This document shows, one piece after another, positions 1 to 12,522 of a stretch of 64,000 bases of DNA. Each line of letters begins with the position of its first letter. Within the stretch, counting starts at the first letter, position 1. Both the position numbers and the translations under genes were made by a program. Below the pieces are notes generated by a model. It saw only the letters and a list, made by a program, of their open reading frames with translations, did no database searches and had not been told where the DNA came from. The DNA is from Dendrobates tinctorius (taxonomy: Eukaryota): contig NW_027361754.1 in the NCBI RefSeq assembly GCF_039654945.1, positions 52,576,001 to 52,640,000 of the forward strand, read 5' to 3'.

Positions 1-999
1 CGAGAATGTAGATCACAGAAATAAAATGTATTAAAAAAAATCATTGAAAAAATTTTTTTGCAGCGATGTATATTTTGCTGTGCTTTGACTCAGTTGTGTA
101 GATTTGATTAAAGCTTAAACAGTAGGTGATATTGGACAACTTGCTGGCTCGTGCGCATATTACATGGGAGCAATTTCTAGTATCGGAATGGGCCTGGGGC
201 GTCCATTTTGTTCACATCAAGCAGAGTCAGGGAACCTATTAAGAAGACATCGGTGTTGCCTATAGGGTTTTCTAATAATGATATGGCTCTCATCTGGTAT
301 CAAAAGCAAAGTCATTCCTTTACCGTGGACATCAGAGTCAAATCAGATAATCTGTGAAGTCCTTGTAATAAAGAAGAATTGATTTTTTTTTACTTCATCC
401 TTCAGCGTTCGGAGGAGAGTTTACAACTAACCACTGGCTATCTAGAGCTAGGTTACTTGTTCGACGCCTGTTAAGGGTTCTTTTTATTTTAAGAGTCAGA
501 TTTACTAAGCCGCGGTAATAGAATGCAATGATTTGTAGCCGCATTGCTGGTCTTCACTGGAGCCTACTGCTTTTTATGGAGAAAGAGATAGAAAATTATC
601 GCAAGGCTGCAAATAGGAAACGGCCACGAGAACGTCATGAAATTAGATTATATATCTTTGTGTTTTGGAGAAAGCAGGAATGGAAACACTAAAAAGAAAA
701 GAAATTGTAAAGAAATTTTAGATGTTATAAAATAACATATGAAGGCTGAAAAAACTTTTCCGTCTAAAGTGGTCAGATTTTGCAACATTTCCATAATAAA
801 ATGCGGCACAATTATAAAAAGTTTCAATTACATGAGTGAAAAATGTGTTTCCTGTACCTTGGTCTTATAAACTGATGCACACCATTTTGAAATGTTGGCA
901 AAGTCATTGGCCTAAAATAGGTTGACAGTGTAGTTTGTCTTGCTTACTTTTAGAAATTCCTTTCAAGGAATGTTTAAAGATTCTCCTTTTGCACGTCAT

Positions 1000-1708
1000 T
1001 AGTAATGAGCGAACGTGCTCCGATAATGTCTTACCGAGCATGGTGTTATCCGAGTGTCTCAGGCGTGCTCGTATATGTATGTTTGAGTTCCTGCGGCTGC
1101 ATGATTTGTGGCTGTTATATAGCCTCAACACAGTTGGGGATTCCCTAACAAACAGGCAATCCTTGCATGTGTTCAGACTGTCTAACAGCTGTGAAGGAGA
1201 GAATGGCTAATGAAATCAATTATTAAACCTTATAAGCCAGTTCAGATATGGTGCAGCAACATAGCGTCTGTGTCCTAGAACAATACCCTGGAAGGAATCT
1301 TTGGAATATGAAAATGGAGACACACTGAAGACACCATATGTGGAGTTGAGTTGGCATTGACCTATCATAGACTGACAATGGCTGTTCAGAAGATTGTGTG
1401 ACTCCCTTTTCCCATCTGTTAAAAAATTCTTTGTTTTAAGAATAAAGTTCAGTTGTGTGCCAGCTTTCGCTGGAAGAAGAGTATGCATCTGATTCTGTAT
1501 CCGATGTCTATCTTCTAAGCATGCATCCAGCTCATATTTAGGTCAGGAACAGGCAATCACTGAAATCTCACCTTAAGAGATCACCCCGACACAGCCACAA
1601 ATCATGCAGCTGCAGGGACTCGAACATGGGATACGAGCACGCCCAAGATACTCGGATAACACAGCATGCTCGGATAAGGCTTTATCTGAGCATGTTTGCT
1701 CATTACAA
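1000..1708. mobile_element. Palindromic non-autonomous hAT element (MITE), interrupted by a solo LTR
   Basis: TIRs TAGTAATGAGCGAACGTGCTC and GAGCATGTTTGCTCATTACAA. The 8-bp flanks cacgtcat/caggtcat match at 7/8. The internal palindrome is restored when 1190-1591 is removed. Confidence 0.8.
1190..1591 (+). mobile_element. Solo LTR
   Basis: TG...CA ends, 4-bp TSD cagc (1186-1189 and 1592-1595), AATAAA at 1441. Confidence 0.75.
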
Positions 1709-2253
1709 CAGGTCATCCTTCCTTCTACACCCTATACATACCTCCTGAATGTGCCTCCCTTCATTGGAAAGATGTATGAAGGCCTAAATACTAAGAGTCA
1801 AAGCCATTTTCTCTGAGAATCCTCAAATGAAAGAACTTGTGTACATGGCCGTATATTCAGTCGAAGTGCCATCCAACAAAGCTTCAGATCGCACTTGAGC
1901 AATGTTATTCTATGGGGCCGTGAGCATGTCAGATTTTTTCCTTGGTCCACAATGGTCTGAGGAAAATTCGCTGTATGCCCGAATGCCCGAATTTGATCCA
2001 ATATTTATATCGTACTTGGCCATGCAATTCAATGAGTTCATGGAAACCATCGGTCTGTATTCAGATGACATCTAAATGCAGTCCAAATTCCATGGACTGA
2101 CACAATGGAGACGATGGAAAAAAAAATTCTCCATCTTCTCCTTATCCAAGAGAATTAGATCACAGTGGGATTTGCATAATAGACCCTATTGTCACTGATG
2201 AGACAATTGTCTGCACCTAGCCTAAGAAACAGCAGCTAGTACCAGCAAATGTA

Positions 2254-3721
2254 CCGCATATACTCGAGTATAAGCCGACCCGAGTATAAGCCGACCCCCC
2301 TAATTTTGCCAGAAAAAAACTGGGAAAACTTATTGACTCGAGTATAAGCCAAGGGTGGAAAATGCAGCAGCTACTGGTAAATTTTAAAAGTAAAAATAGA
2401 TACCAATAAAAGTAAAATGAATTGAGACATCAGTAGGTTAAATGTTTTTGAATATCCATATTGAATCAGGAGCCCCACATAATGCTCCATTCAGTTCATG
2501 ATAGCCCCATAAGATGCTCCATAGAATAATATGCCCCATATGCTGCTCCATAAAGGTTATGCCCCCATAAGATGCTCCATAGAATAGGCCCCATATGCTG
2601 CCCCATAAGATGCTCCATAGATTATGCCCCCATATGCTGCCCCCATAAGATGCTCCATAGATTATGCCCCCATATGCTGCCCCCATAAGATGCTCCATAG
2701 ATTATGCCCCCATATGCTGCCCCCATAAGATGCTCCATAGATTATGCCCCCATATGCTGCCCCCATAAGATGCTCCATAGATTATGCCCCCATATGCTGC
2801 CCCTATAAGATGCTTCATAGATTATGCCCCAATATACTGCCCCTATAAGATGCACCATAGATTATGCCCCCATATGCTGCCCCTATAAGATGCTCCATAG
2901 ATTATTCCACCATATGCTGCCCCTATAAGATGCTCCATAAATTATACCCCTATATGCTGCCCCCATATGATGCTCCATAGATTATGCCCCTATATGCTGC
3001 CCCTATAAGATGCTCCATAGATTATTCCCCTATACGCTGCCCCTATAAGATGCTACATAGATTATGCCCCTATATGCTGCCCCTATAAGATGCTCCATAC
3101 ATTATGCCCCCATGTGCTGCCGCTGCTGCATTTAAAAATAAAAAAATGACATACTCACCTCTCCATCGCTGGGGCCAGGTGCCGGTGTCACTGCTGGCAC
3201 CTGAGATATTCACCTGTCCCCCCTGCCATCGCTGTCTGGCACGTCATCTGTCAGTGACGTTCAGACTGCAGGGGGCGCAGCGCGCACTAACCATGTCACC
3301 GTGCCCTCTGCTGTCTGAACGTCACTGACAAATGACATGCCAGACATCAGCAAGCAGCGATGGACCCCGGACAGGAGAGTATCGCTATACTTACCTGTCC
3401 TGGCATGATCTCTACAGCCCCCAGCTTCTCCATGATCTCCCTTCCTGCCTTCAGTGGTCATGTGGTACCGCTCATTACACTCATGAATATGCGCATATTC
3501 ATGAGTGTTTCGAGCGGTACCATGTGACCGCTGAAGGGAGATCACGGAGAAGCTGGGGTCTGCTGAGACCGTGCCAAAATGGGTAAGTATGACCTGACAC
3601 AAACCGCCCCCCCCTCCCCCTCCGACCCCCTGGAGTATATGACTCGAATATGAGCTGAGAAGGGGACTTTCAGCCCAACAAAATGGGCTGAAAATCTCGG
3701 CTTATATTCGAGTATATACGG
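2254..3721. mobile_element. Tc1/mariner-pogo-type non-autonomous element
   Basis: TIR CCG(C/T)ATATACTCGA(G/A)TATAAGCCGA at both ends, with a TA flank on each side. Confidence 0.85.
2476..3115. repeat. 40-bp minisatellite inside the MITE
   Basis: Unit tgctccatagattatgcccccatatgctgcccccataaga, roughly 15 copies. Confidence 0.95.
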
Positions 3722-3884
3722 TATTTATTTAAATTAATATTTTGTAAAATATAAATTGTGACCTAATTCCCAATATACTTTCTATATCAACAGCTTGTGT
3801 CATGAAGTTTTCTGCTGGTAGACATTTATTAAGAAAGTAGGAAAAGATCTGGCCTGGTCCTGCAATGGCCAATAGGTTCGTAAC

Positions 3885-5653
3885 TAGAGATAAGCAAATT
3901 GACTCTGCGCAAATAAAATTCACCTTGAATTTCATTTAAAAAAATTCAGATTTTTATGAATCCAAAAATTTTGCTATCATCTTTGGGTGAATCTAATAAA
4001 ATGTTGGTTTGCTGAATGATAAAGATTCAGGAATGGGTTAAAAAAAATTTAAAAAATGATACTTACGTGTCCCAGCATGCAGACACGCTCTGGTCTGGTC
4101 ATCTTTTCTGGTCTGGTCTTCATTTGGTGTCATTGTGTGTGTTGCCAAGGATGTAATAATGAAGTTGTGATGAGCATCATGACTTCTCAAGAGACTTCAC
4201 ATGATGCAGTAAAGATGCGCAAAGATGGGACTAGGCTAGGGCTCAATGACAGAACAGGTGAGGACTGGGTAAGTATATATATATATTTTTTCAAATTGAA
4301 GTTTTATTGAAATTTTTAATGTATAGAAAGGAAAATAGAGGGATTCAACAAGCAAAGTCAATGCTATCAGTATCAAGGTCTTACCTCCCCAATGAAAGAC
4401 AGCGCTTACTGAGTGTATTGGGGGACACCCGCTTGGCAACGGGATTCAGTCACACAGGAGCAATTTTCTCCATTAAGCAGTCTATTTGGTTTATTTAAGC
4501 ATCAAAAACGCACCGTAGGCCATGTTGCACATCACAGACCTAAATCATACTCCATAGCACTTCATAACACACGACATTATATTGCAGACTCTAAACACGC
4601 CGGACTTCTCACTTCGTCCAGATACCGTGGGTGTCCGCACGCCGAACAGTTCAGTAACATCCACGGAACATCACAAGCAACAACAGTCTGTGGAGTTGCC
4701 TTACAGGAGCTCCTGCTCCACATGCTGACTCCTGTCAGTCCTCTCTCCTGGGGGAAGCTGCCTTACTGGGATCACCGTCCTTGTGACCAGGGTACTCCTG
4801 ACAGTCCAGACCCGCAGGAGGAACGGTAGCTTCCCCAATGCAATGCCATCACAGACTCTGCACATACGGACACTCCCTGTGCTCTTCAGGAAGTCCATTC
4901 CTTGGACCTTCAGGTCCATGGCCTCACCATGTGCTCCAGGAATTCGATCCTACTCCCATGATCTTCCAACACAGGCCATACAAGACTCTCTTACACTCTG
5001 ACCATTCAGGTCCATACACTCTCAACCATGTGACCCCAACCCTGGTCACATTATGTACCTGTAATCACCCCCACAGGTGGGCGGTGTATGTGTGAATAGT
5101 CATTCCTGCCCAGCTCTCTGACTAACCCTATAAACCCCCCTATTATAACTAAACAAAACTACCAAACCCAGCACAACAACATTATTTCGGGCTTACAGTG
5201 CAGAGGACCTCTGCGACACATACCGGCCATTTACAATCCTGTCAGTCACTGTTTCACCATCATAATCACAGATACGCCTGTGACTGCCACACCGTCCAAT
5301 GGCCCCAACACGCCTCCGTGCGCACACACAGCGCCCCAGCTGCAACAGGGGTCACTGCCTCACACCAAATATACCACATACAAGTCATTGCCTCACCGTC
5401 CAGGAATTAACATACAGCCAAAACTTGAATGCAACAAACTATTGGTCACATCCGGGAGGGAAGACTGCAGAATAACACAACTATTAGAGAGAGAAGGTTA
5501 AAGGCAGAGTAGAAGACGATGTTTGCCTATTTTTATACTCCAAAACATAATAATCACATTAGATTTGCATAAAATAAACTGAGAAAATGGAGAATGGAGA
5601 AATTCAAGCAAAATCAACAAATTTTAAATTTTTCAAATTTGCTCATCTCTCTA
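3885..5653. mobile_element. Degenerate hAT MITE with an internal insertion
   Basis: TIRs TAGAGATAAGCAAATT and AATTTGCTCATCTCT. The TSD is not convincing. Confidence 0.55.
4286..5480 (-). mobile_element. Probable polyA-tailed retroposon fragment
   Basis: The + strand tttttttcaaattgaagttttattg reads on the - strand as AATAAA followed by an A-tail. The body is GC-richer with no recognisable ORF, and the 5' boundary is uncertain. Confidence 0.35.
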
Positions 5654-5737
5654 CCCATAACAGTTACAGTACTGGTATCAGAACTGTATCCTATAATTGG
5701 CCAAAATCCACGTCCATCACATGACATCTGCTGTAAA

Positions 5738-6035
5738 TAGTGGTGACGTGCTCAGATACGGTGTTATCTGAGCATGCTTGGGCACTAACTGAGTATCTTC
5801 AGCGTGCTCAAAAAATATGAAAATATGTTCGAGTCCCAGTGACTGCTGTTAGCCACAACATATGCAGGGATTGCCTAACAAACAGATAATCCCTGCATGT
5901 GTTGAGGCTGTTGAACAGCTGTGAGACATGCAGCTGCTGGAAATAGAACATATTTTTTGAGCACGCCGAGGTCATTCCGTTAGCTCCCGAGTATGCTCAG
6001 ATAACACCTTATCCATGCACGTTCACTCATCACTA
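5738..6035. mobile_element. Palindromic hAT MITE, same family as 1000-1708
   Basis: Ends TAGTG... and ...CTCATCACTA. It shares the internal palindrome gattgcctaacaaacagataatccctgcatgtg. Confidence 0.75.
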
Positions 6036-7001
6036 ATGATGATGTTTCTGATTGAATGACTGCAGAGAAATTATGATATTATATTAGCAAATTGTACAGC
6101 TTCTTTATACAAAACATGACCTTCATTTTCTAAAACCTGAAATACCACTTTAATTCTTCTTCTTGCATTGATATTAACAATAGAACTTAGAGGGGTTTAA
6201 ACATTTCAAGTGTAAAATACCCAATATACAGTGTAAAGGATTTCTTGTGCAGATTATCGCAGGCGGCAAATACAAGTTTTAATTCCAGGTTAAGAAATAT
6301 ATGATTGTACTTTCATCTCACAATTTATAGCTCATTTCAATGCATTTAAATATATTTAAATAGATTGCATCAAGTGTTGTAAGATCAGCACAATGCCAGT
6401 ACATGTTCAATGTAATTACCACCCATTTGTTTGTGGTGGTTGGGGTTAATTAATATGGATGTTCAATTATTGTTGGAAAGAGTTATTGATAGTGATATCT
6501 ATAATAGGCAACCTGTTGGGAATATGTGGCGTGTTGCAGAATATTGAGATGCAAAGCTTTTAATAGGTTACAGTGTGTGTGGCCATAAATTAAACAGTTA
6601 TCACTTGCAGCACAGAACAAATGGTAACAACCGGCATTTCTATCATACAACATGGACTATGTTCTATGTATATATCTTTCTTGAGAAAATATGGCTTTTA
6701 TTCACTTATCTTTGCTTTCTTAGTAAAGTCAAGCTCCTCTAGTAAATGTCATTTGTGCAGTAGCTTTGGACAATCATAATCAGAAAGCAAAGCCGTACAT
6801 AGAGGAAGGGAAGGTTTCATTGCCACTGCTATGAAGGTTGTGTTCGATGAGGGAAGTTCAGTGGTAAAAAATATGTAGACACAAGACTTTTTGTAGAACT
6901 AATTGATTTACACATTAGACACAGATCTTTACCAGGCTGAAGTTTCATAAGTTGATTATGAACATGGAGATAACCATCTCTCAATATCTCTAGACTTGAG
7001 G

Positions 7002-7875
7002 TGATATGAATGGGTCACCGAGGAGACAAAAGCAAAACAAGCTAAGTCACAGAAAACCAGAGAGGTTGGTAACTATGCAGATTGCAGATCCCTGATCTTA
7101 CCACACAGCTAGCAGTAGCCGTGGAGCGTGCCTACGATGAACCTAGACGCCTCGTCACGGCCGGAGGACTACATAAGCCTAAAGCAAGAAAAGGGAAAAC
7201 TAACTGCCCCAGAGCAGAACCCAAAGGAATAGATAGCCCCCACACATGTATTGACAGTAAAACAAAATGAAGGCACAAACACAGGCAGGAAAATAGGCTG
7301 AGCAAATGATGGGGCCCAAACTAACTAGACAGGAAAGGAAAGGCAAGTCACTGTCTGCAACCTGCAAAAAACCCTACAAAAATAATGTCCAACACTTCTG
7401 ATAGCAAAATTAACCCTGAAGTCACTAGACTTCTCCCACTATATCAGTACTCTGGAATATTCTGAGACAGAGCAAAAAGAGACCGAACTAGTAAGGGACA
7501 AAAAGCCAATTGGCAAAATACTGATAAATAAGAGTGGAAATTCAGCACAGCCTCCAGCAGGGGCTGGCTGACCACGCCAAAAAAAACTGAAGAGACCAAC
7601 AAAATCATGTGTGAACATTAGCAGAAAAACTTAGCTTTAGATGACTGGAACAGAGCTGAAAACCAAGAGCTGACAAGCCAGAAGGAATCACCAGCAACTG
7701 AATAGGGCGTCGGCTGTCTTAAATCCAATCTGAGACTCCTGAGATCCAATCGTCATCCTCATTCTCAGGTGGCAGATCTCCACCTATCAAATCAGCCTCT
7801 CTACCTCCTGTTACCACCAGAGGGAGTCTGGAAGGAGAACTCACAACTGGTGAACCAGAGAATGAACTCACAACA
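7002..7875 (-). mobile_element. Solo LTR (Gypsy-like)
   Basis: TG...CA ends and perfect 5-bp TSD tgagg. It is the reverse complement of the 53692-54577 family; the strand is given relative to that copy. Confidence 0.9.
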
Positions 7876-8025
7876 TGAGGTGTATTATATGTGGATGACA
7901 AGACACAAATGATCTACCAGTCTTTGAACTTAATTGATCAGCACTATTTCCTAGTATTACATTTCAGCTAATATATTGGTACACCAGGTGCCTCCCTTAC
8001 TGGTACATATAAAGTTTGATGTTAG

Positions 8026-8925
8026 TGTAAGGGGGTTACAGAAACTGTCCTGAAAGCTCGAAACATATCCCGGTTTAGTGTGTATATTCATATAATTATA
8101 TATATATTGTTGGCTCGTAATGATGTGTACAAAATCTGCTATGTAGATATGTATATGATCAGGTAAAGTGTAGTGTACATGATTGATCACTAGATGGGGT
8201 TATTATAGATGTGCATAGTGTAGGACAAGAGTTCATTTGTGTAAATGGTTAACCATAGGAGGGGTTAGCTGTGTATAAGGCAGGAAAAGTTCCTGTATAG
8301 AGTCAGTCAGGGCTAGGTAGCCCGAAGCAGTTGGGTGGGCTAAATGCCTGAGCTACTTAACACCCTGCAACATTTAAGGAGGAAACCAGTCATTCAGAGT
8401 CAGTGGGACAGCATAGCCTCAGATACAGCAGCAACAGCATCTACAGGACCTTGGTCTACAGGAGAAGTCACCGCAGCACAGCAGGGCAGGTCGCTTACCA
8501 TGTGGCAGATCATTGCTTGGGCTGATGCCTTCAGAACCGGGGCGAAACAGCTGAGGGAACACCCATAAGCACTGAGGCTGTCAGAGAAGATGCTGAGGAG
8601 CTATTGGAAATGGTACGACCCAGGACCTTACAGTGTGACAGGGAGAGGATTGCAGAGAAAGACGAAGTAACATGTGACATACAAGCTGTCGATAATGTTA
8701 TAATGAATCTGGATGTGATGCGAAGTCAAGAAAGTAAAATTTTACATTTTGAGTTGCACCTGGACTGTGTCTCTGTTTATTCAGAAGCGACCGGAGGTGA
8801 CCATAAAGAATGGAGAACAAACCCTGATGTCACAGGGGATGGAGAGGCAAGTAAGTTGACAGTGAAGCGCGATTTTTATGTATTGGAAGGCCAGGACACG
8901 ACTACGGCTCTGGCTCACCTCTATA
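8026..8925 (+). mobile_element. Solo LTR
   Basis: Starts TGTAAGGGGGTTAC, the same start as the PPT-preceded LTR at 18353. Flanks ttag/ttgg fall within the tandem repeat; the terminal CA appears mutated to TA. Confidence 0.75.
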
Positions 8926-8944
8926 TTGGTACACGAGGTGACTC

Positions 8945-9787
8945 TGTGACGTCTGTCAGTTGTGAGTCTGAGCCGCCCGTAAAACAGCACCCCGAGAGAC
9001 CCAGAGACTCTTTACCCCTATACAGGAATCTGGAATTACAGCAGAGCCCAGGAGGTAGCTGCCTGTGAAAGCAGCGGACCTGAGTAGGACAGTCACCAGA
9101 AAGGGATTAATAAACAGTACCGAAAGCATAGTCAGGAGTCCAAGTCTAAACCAGGCGGGCATCAGGGGTATAAAATCTGCAGGCTGAAGAAGGGTCAAAG
9201 GTCCAGGCCAAGGTCAGAGTAAAAAAACCGAGAGAATAGCAGAGGTACAAAATCGGCAGGCTGTAGAAGGGTCAGAAATCCGGGCTTAGGGTCAGAGTAA
9301 AAAATCCAGGAGAATAGCAGAGGTACAAAATTGGCAGGCTGTAGAAGGGTCAGAAATCCAGGCTTAAGATCAGAGTCAAAAATAGCAAATACAACACTAG
9401 TACACTGGGGAAACCAAGACTATATCTGGCGGCGTGCAGGACAGGCCCCAAAGTATTTGAAGGATAAGGCTATGCCTCACAGGCTCACAGTCTGATGACC
9501 TCATCTGGACCGCCCGAGAACCAGGCCAGATGGCGATGCACCAGCCTCTTCACCTCTGACAGAGGAGCAGAGCCTGCGCCCACCAGATGCCTGCGCAGGA
9601 GCCCCTTCTCTGTCACCACCATCACCCACGGGAGAACCAAGGCGATGCCCAACGACAAAGGCATGTGTCAAAGGAGCGGACCCACATGAGAACAGCAGCC
9701 CCCGAGTCTGACGGTGACGTGACTGTCCGGCGCCTCCCAGTGGCCGAGGCCGGAACACCAGCCCCTGCATCCGACGGGGACATGACA
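8945..9787. mobile_element. Solo LTR
   Basis: TGTGAC...ATGACA ends, perfect 5-bp TSD gactc, internal tandem repeats at about 9150-9380. Confidence 0.85.
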
Positions 9788-10127
9788 GACTCCCTTACTA
9801 TTACACCTCAAGTTTGATGTCAGCACACCAAGTGCCTCCTTTACACTTGGATATAAAGTTTGATGTTGGTACATCAGGTGCCTCCATTACACTTGCATAT
9901 AAAGTTTGATGTTGGTACATCAGGTTCCTCCCTTACTCTTACATGTAAGGCTTGATGTTGGTACAACCAGGTGCCTCCCTTACTCTTACATATAAAGTTT
10001 GATGTTGGTTCACTAGTTGCCTCCCTTACTCTTACACCTCTTGTTTTATGTCAGTACACCAGGTGCCTCACTTACTCGTACATATAAAGTTTGATGGTGG
10101 TACACCAGATGCCTTCCTTACTCTAAA

Positions 10128-10440
10128 GGCCCAGTCACACACAGCGATATCTCCAGCGAGATCGCTGATTTTGTAACGCCACAGCGATCTCGCCAGCAAA
10201 ATCGCTGTGTGTGATATCCATCAGCGACCGGCCCTCCTGCCGGGTATCGCTGATCGTGCAGGATCGTCCTGGGCCATTTTTTGATCGTTGGTCTCCCGCT
10301 GGCCAACACGCATCGCGTGTGGCAGCGGGAGAGCAACGATCAGTGATGCTGCACGCTGGTTTCCAATGTAAACAGCGGGTATTTAGGAGCCTTGCGGCTC
10401 TTAGTTACCCGCTGTGTACCTTGGAAACCAGCGTGCACAG
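10128..10440. mobile_element. Truncated PIF/Harbinger-like MITE
   Basis: Left end GGCCCAGTCACACACAGCGAT with a central hairpin at 10349-10437. It is related to 20842-21221 and 43285-43694. Confidence 0.6.
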
Positions 10441-10961
10441 TAGACACCAGTTTTACGTCCAATGTCAACATGCATTTATGTGCTGCAGGTGTATCAACTC
10501 AAACCAAGCTCAATTTTTGTGTTTTTTTTCTCTGTATTTTTTGCATTCTGTGCAAGCTGGGGTGTTGCCTCCCTCTCCTGAGCTGGAAATTGTATATAAG
10601 GCTTCCCCAGACTGGTCTACTGTTTGGGACCCAGTCCTTTTGTCTGCCCTTGTTCACACATTGAGGTCAATTTTTACACCAGGCAAGGTTTTTAATATTA
10701 GACAGTGTAGGACTATCCCGAACAGAGTTACCGTGTCGATGGTGGGATGGCTTTCATGCTACTTTTGATCAAAAACAGTATTACTAAAAACTCTGTGTTA
10801 TTTAGATGCACTTTTGCTTTTACTTATTTAGTTACAGCAGGGTTTTTGCTCACTTTGTCTTTTGCAGATTTTATGTTTTATGGCCAATGTCAACATGCAT
10901 TTATATGCTGCATGTGTATCAACTCAAACCAAGCTCAATTTTTGTGTTTCTTTTTATCTTA

Positions 10962-11419
10962 GGCTAGTTTCACATTAGCGTTTACGGCCGCAGCGTCGGG
11001 CTGCGCACGGCCGCCGCTAAGCCCCGCCCCCTGCCGCGCGCCTCTGCCGGTAGCTCCGCCTACGGACGCATGATGCTGCATGCGTCCTGCGTCCCCTATC
11101 TTTAGCACTGGGGACGCAGGCCATGCGCAGGTATGCGTTTGGCGGCGCATGCGTCCTTTTGACGCTGCGCCGAGCGCACCAAATTGCAACCTGTTGCGTT
11201 TGGCGCAGGTCGGCGCAGCGTCAAAAGGACGCATGCGCCGCCAAACACATACCTGCGCACGGCCTGCATCCCCAGTGCTAAAGATAGGGGACGCAGGATG
11301 CATGCAGGGTCATGCGTCCGTAGGCGGAGCTACCGGCAGAGGCGTGGCAGGGGGCGGGGCTTAGCGGCGGCCGTGCGCAGCCCGACGCTGCGGCCGTAAA
11401 TGCTAATGTGAAACTAGCC
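10962..11419. mobile_element. PIF/Harbinger MITE, near-perfect 458-bp palindrome
   Basis: TIR GGCTAGTTTCACATTAGC, TTA TSD on both sides, arms complementary almost to the centre. Confidence 0.92.
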
Positions 11420-11631
11420 TTAGATGGGATGTTGGTGCACCAGCTACCTACTGTTGCTGTTACATGTTTCTAGCTGTCTTGCAGACTCTCAAATTCACTT
11501 CATTTATTTACCCATTTCTGACTCTGAAATCAACATTTTGGACCAAGGAACTCAGAGGCTTTGTGACCTATATTTAAATCCTACTCTTCTGCCACAATCT
11601 CCTACTACTTTCATGCCTTTTTGTGCACCAC

Positions 11632-12250
11632 TGTGAAGCCCTACCAAACTTACTCCTGCTGTATTGCGCGGTTTCGGGAAAAAAGGGTTGCATTTACTGT
11701 GTAGCACCTCGGTGCAGAAGTGCAGGCTGCCACCAGGAGGCGGCAGAGTAGTCAGACAGGCCGGAGTCAGCAACAAAGGGGAAGATGAAGTACCAGAGGT
11801 CACAGAAATGCGCGAGGTCAGGGACGAGCCAAAAGTCAGAGCCAAATGAGAGTGCGGTATCGAAAAATGTGAGACAGAAAGATGAGTCGAGGTACAAGCC
11901 AGTGGGTCAAAAAGCCAGTAGGGGAACGTAGTACCGGAGACAGAAACTGGAGGTGGAGTCCAGAGTTCAAGCCAAGTCATACACTGTAGGGAAGTCACCA
12001 AACATACGCAAAGTCATGGATAGGGAATGGGTCAGACGCACACACACGAGAAATCAGAGGCAGAATGATCACTAGGGTATACGGATCAGCTGCTCAAGCC
12101 AAGGACCAGAACTATCACTAACAAATTATACCAAGAACAGTACCAATAAATAGTCACCTAAGAACCACAGAGAGGCAGGAAAGATTAACCCCTTCATGAC
12201 CAGACCAGGGAAAGACAAGCAGGAAGCAAACACTGACCTGGATCATGACA
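11632..12250 (-). mobile_element. Solo-LTR-like element related to 35701-36171
   Basis: Right end ggatcatgaca is the reverse complement of tgtcatgatcc, and it shares the motif tagtcagacaggccg. The left boundary and TSD are uncertain. Confidence 0.55.
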
Positions 12251-12296
12251 CCCTGCTGTGCTCTTCATCTCATGCATACACATCAAACAACCTTAA

Positions 12297-12522
12297 AGGG
12301 ATTGTCCATGACTAAACTATTGATAATTGCTCCTCTATTTAAAATCAGTGAGTGTCTGAACACAGCAGTCCCATATACTGCTTAGTGCCCACCGCCTGCA
12401 CTTTGTCTCTCATTCACTTGAGCTGATCAGTGGAGGGTCTAGGTGTGCTGGCCCCCACTGGTCTCATATTGGTAACCTATCCTATGGAAAAGTCACTAAT
12501 CGTTAAGTCCTAGAGAACCCCA
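12297..12522. mobile_element. Degenerate Kolobok/T2-type MITE
   Basis: TTAA-AGGGATTGTCC at the left end and GAGAACCCCA-TTAT at the right end. Confidence 0.5.

Larger units (their letters stand above)
7972..10125. repeat. 46-bp tandem repeat interrupted by two solo LTRs
   Basis: Unit acaccaggtgcctcccttactcttacatataaagtttgatgttggt at 7972-8025, 8926-8944 and 9788-10125. Confidence 0.85.
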
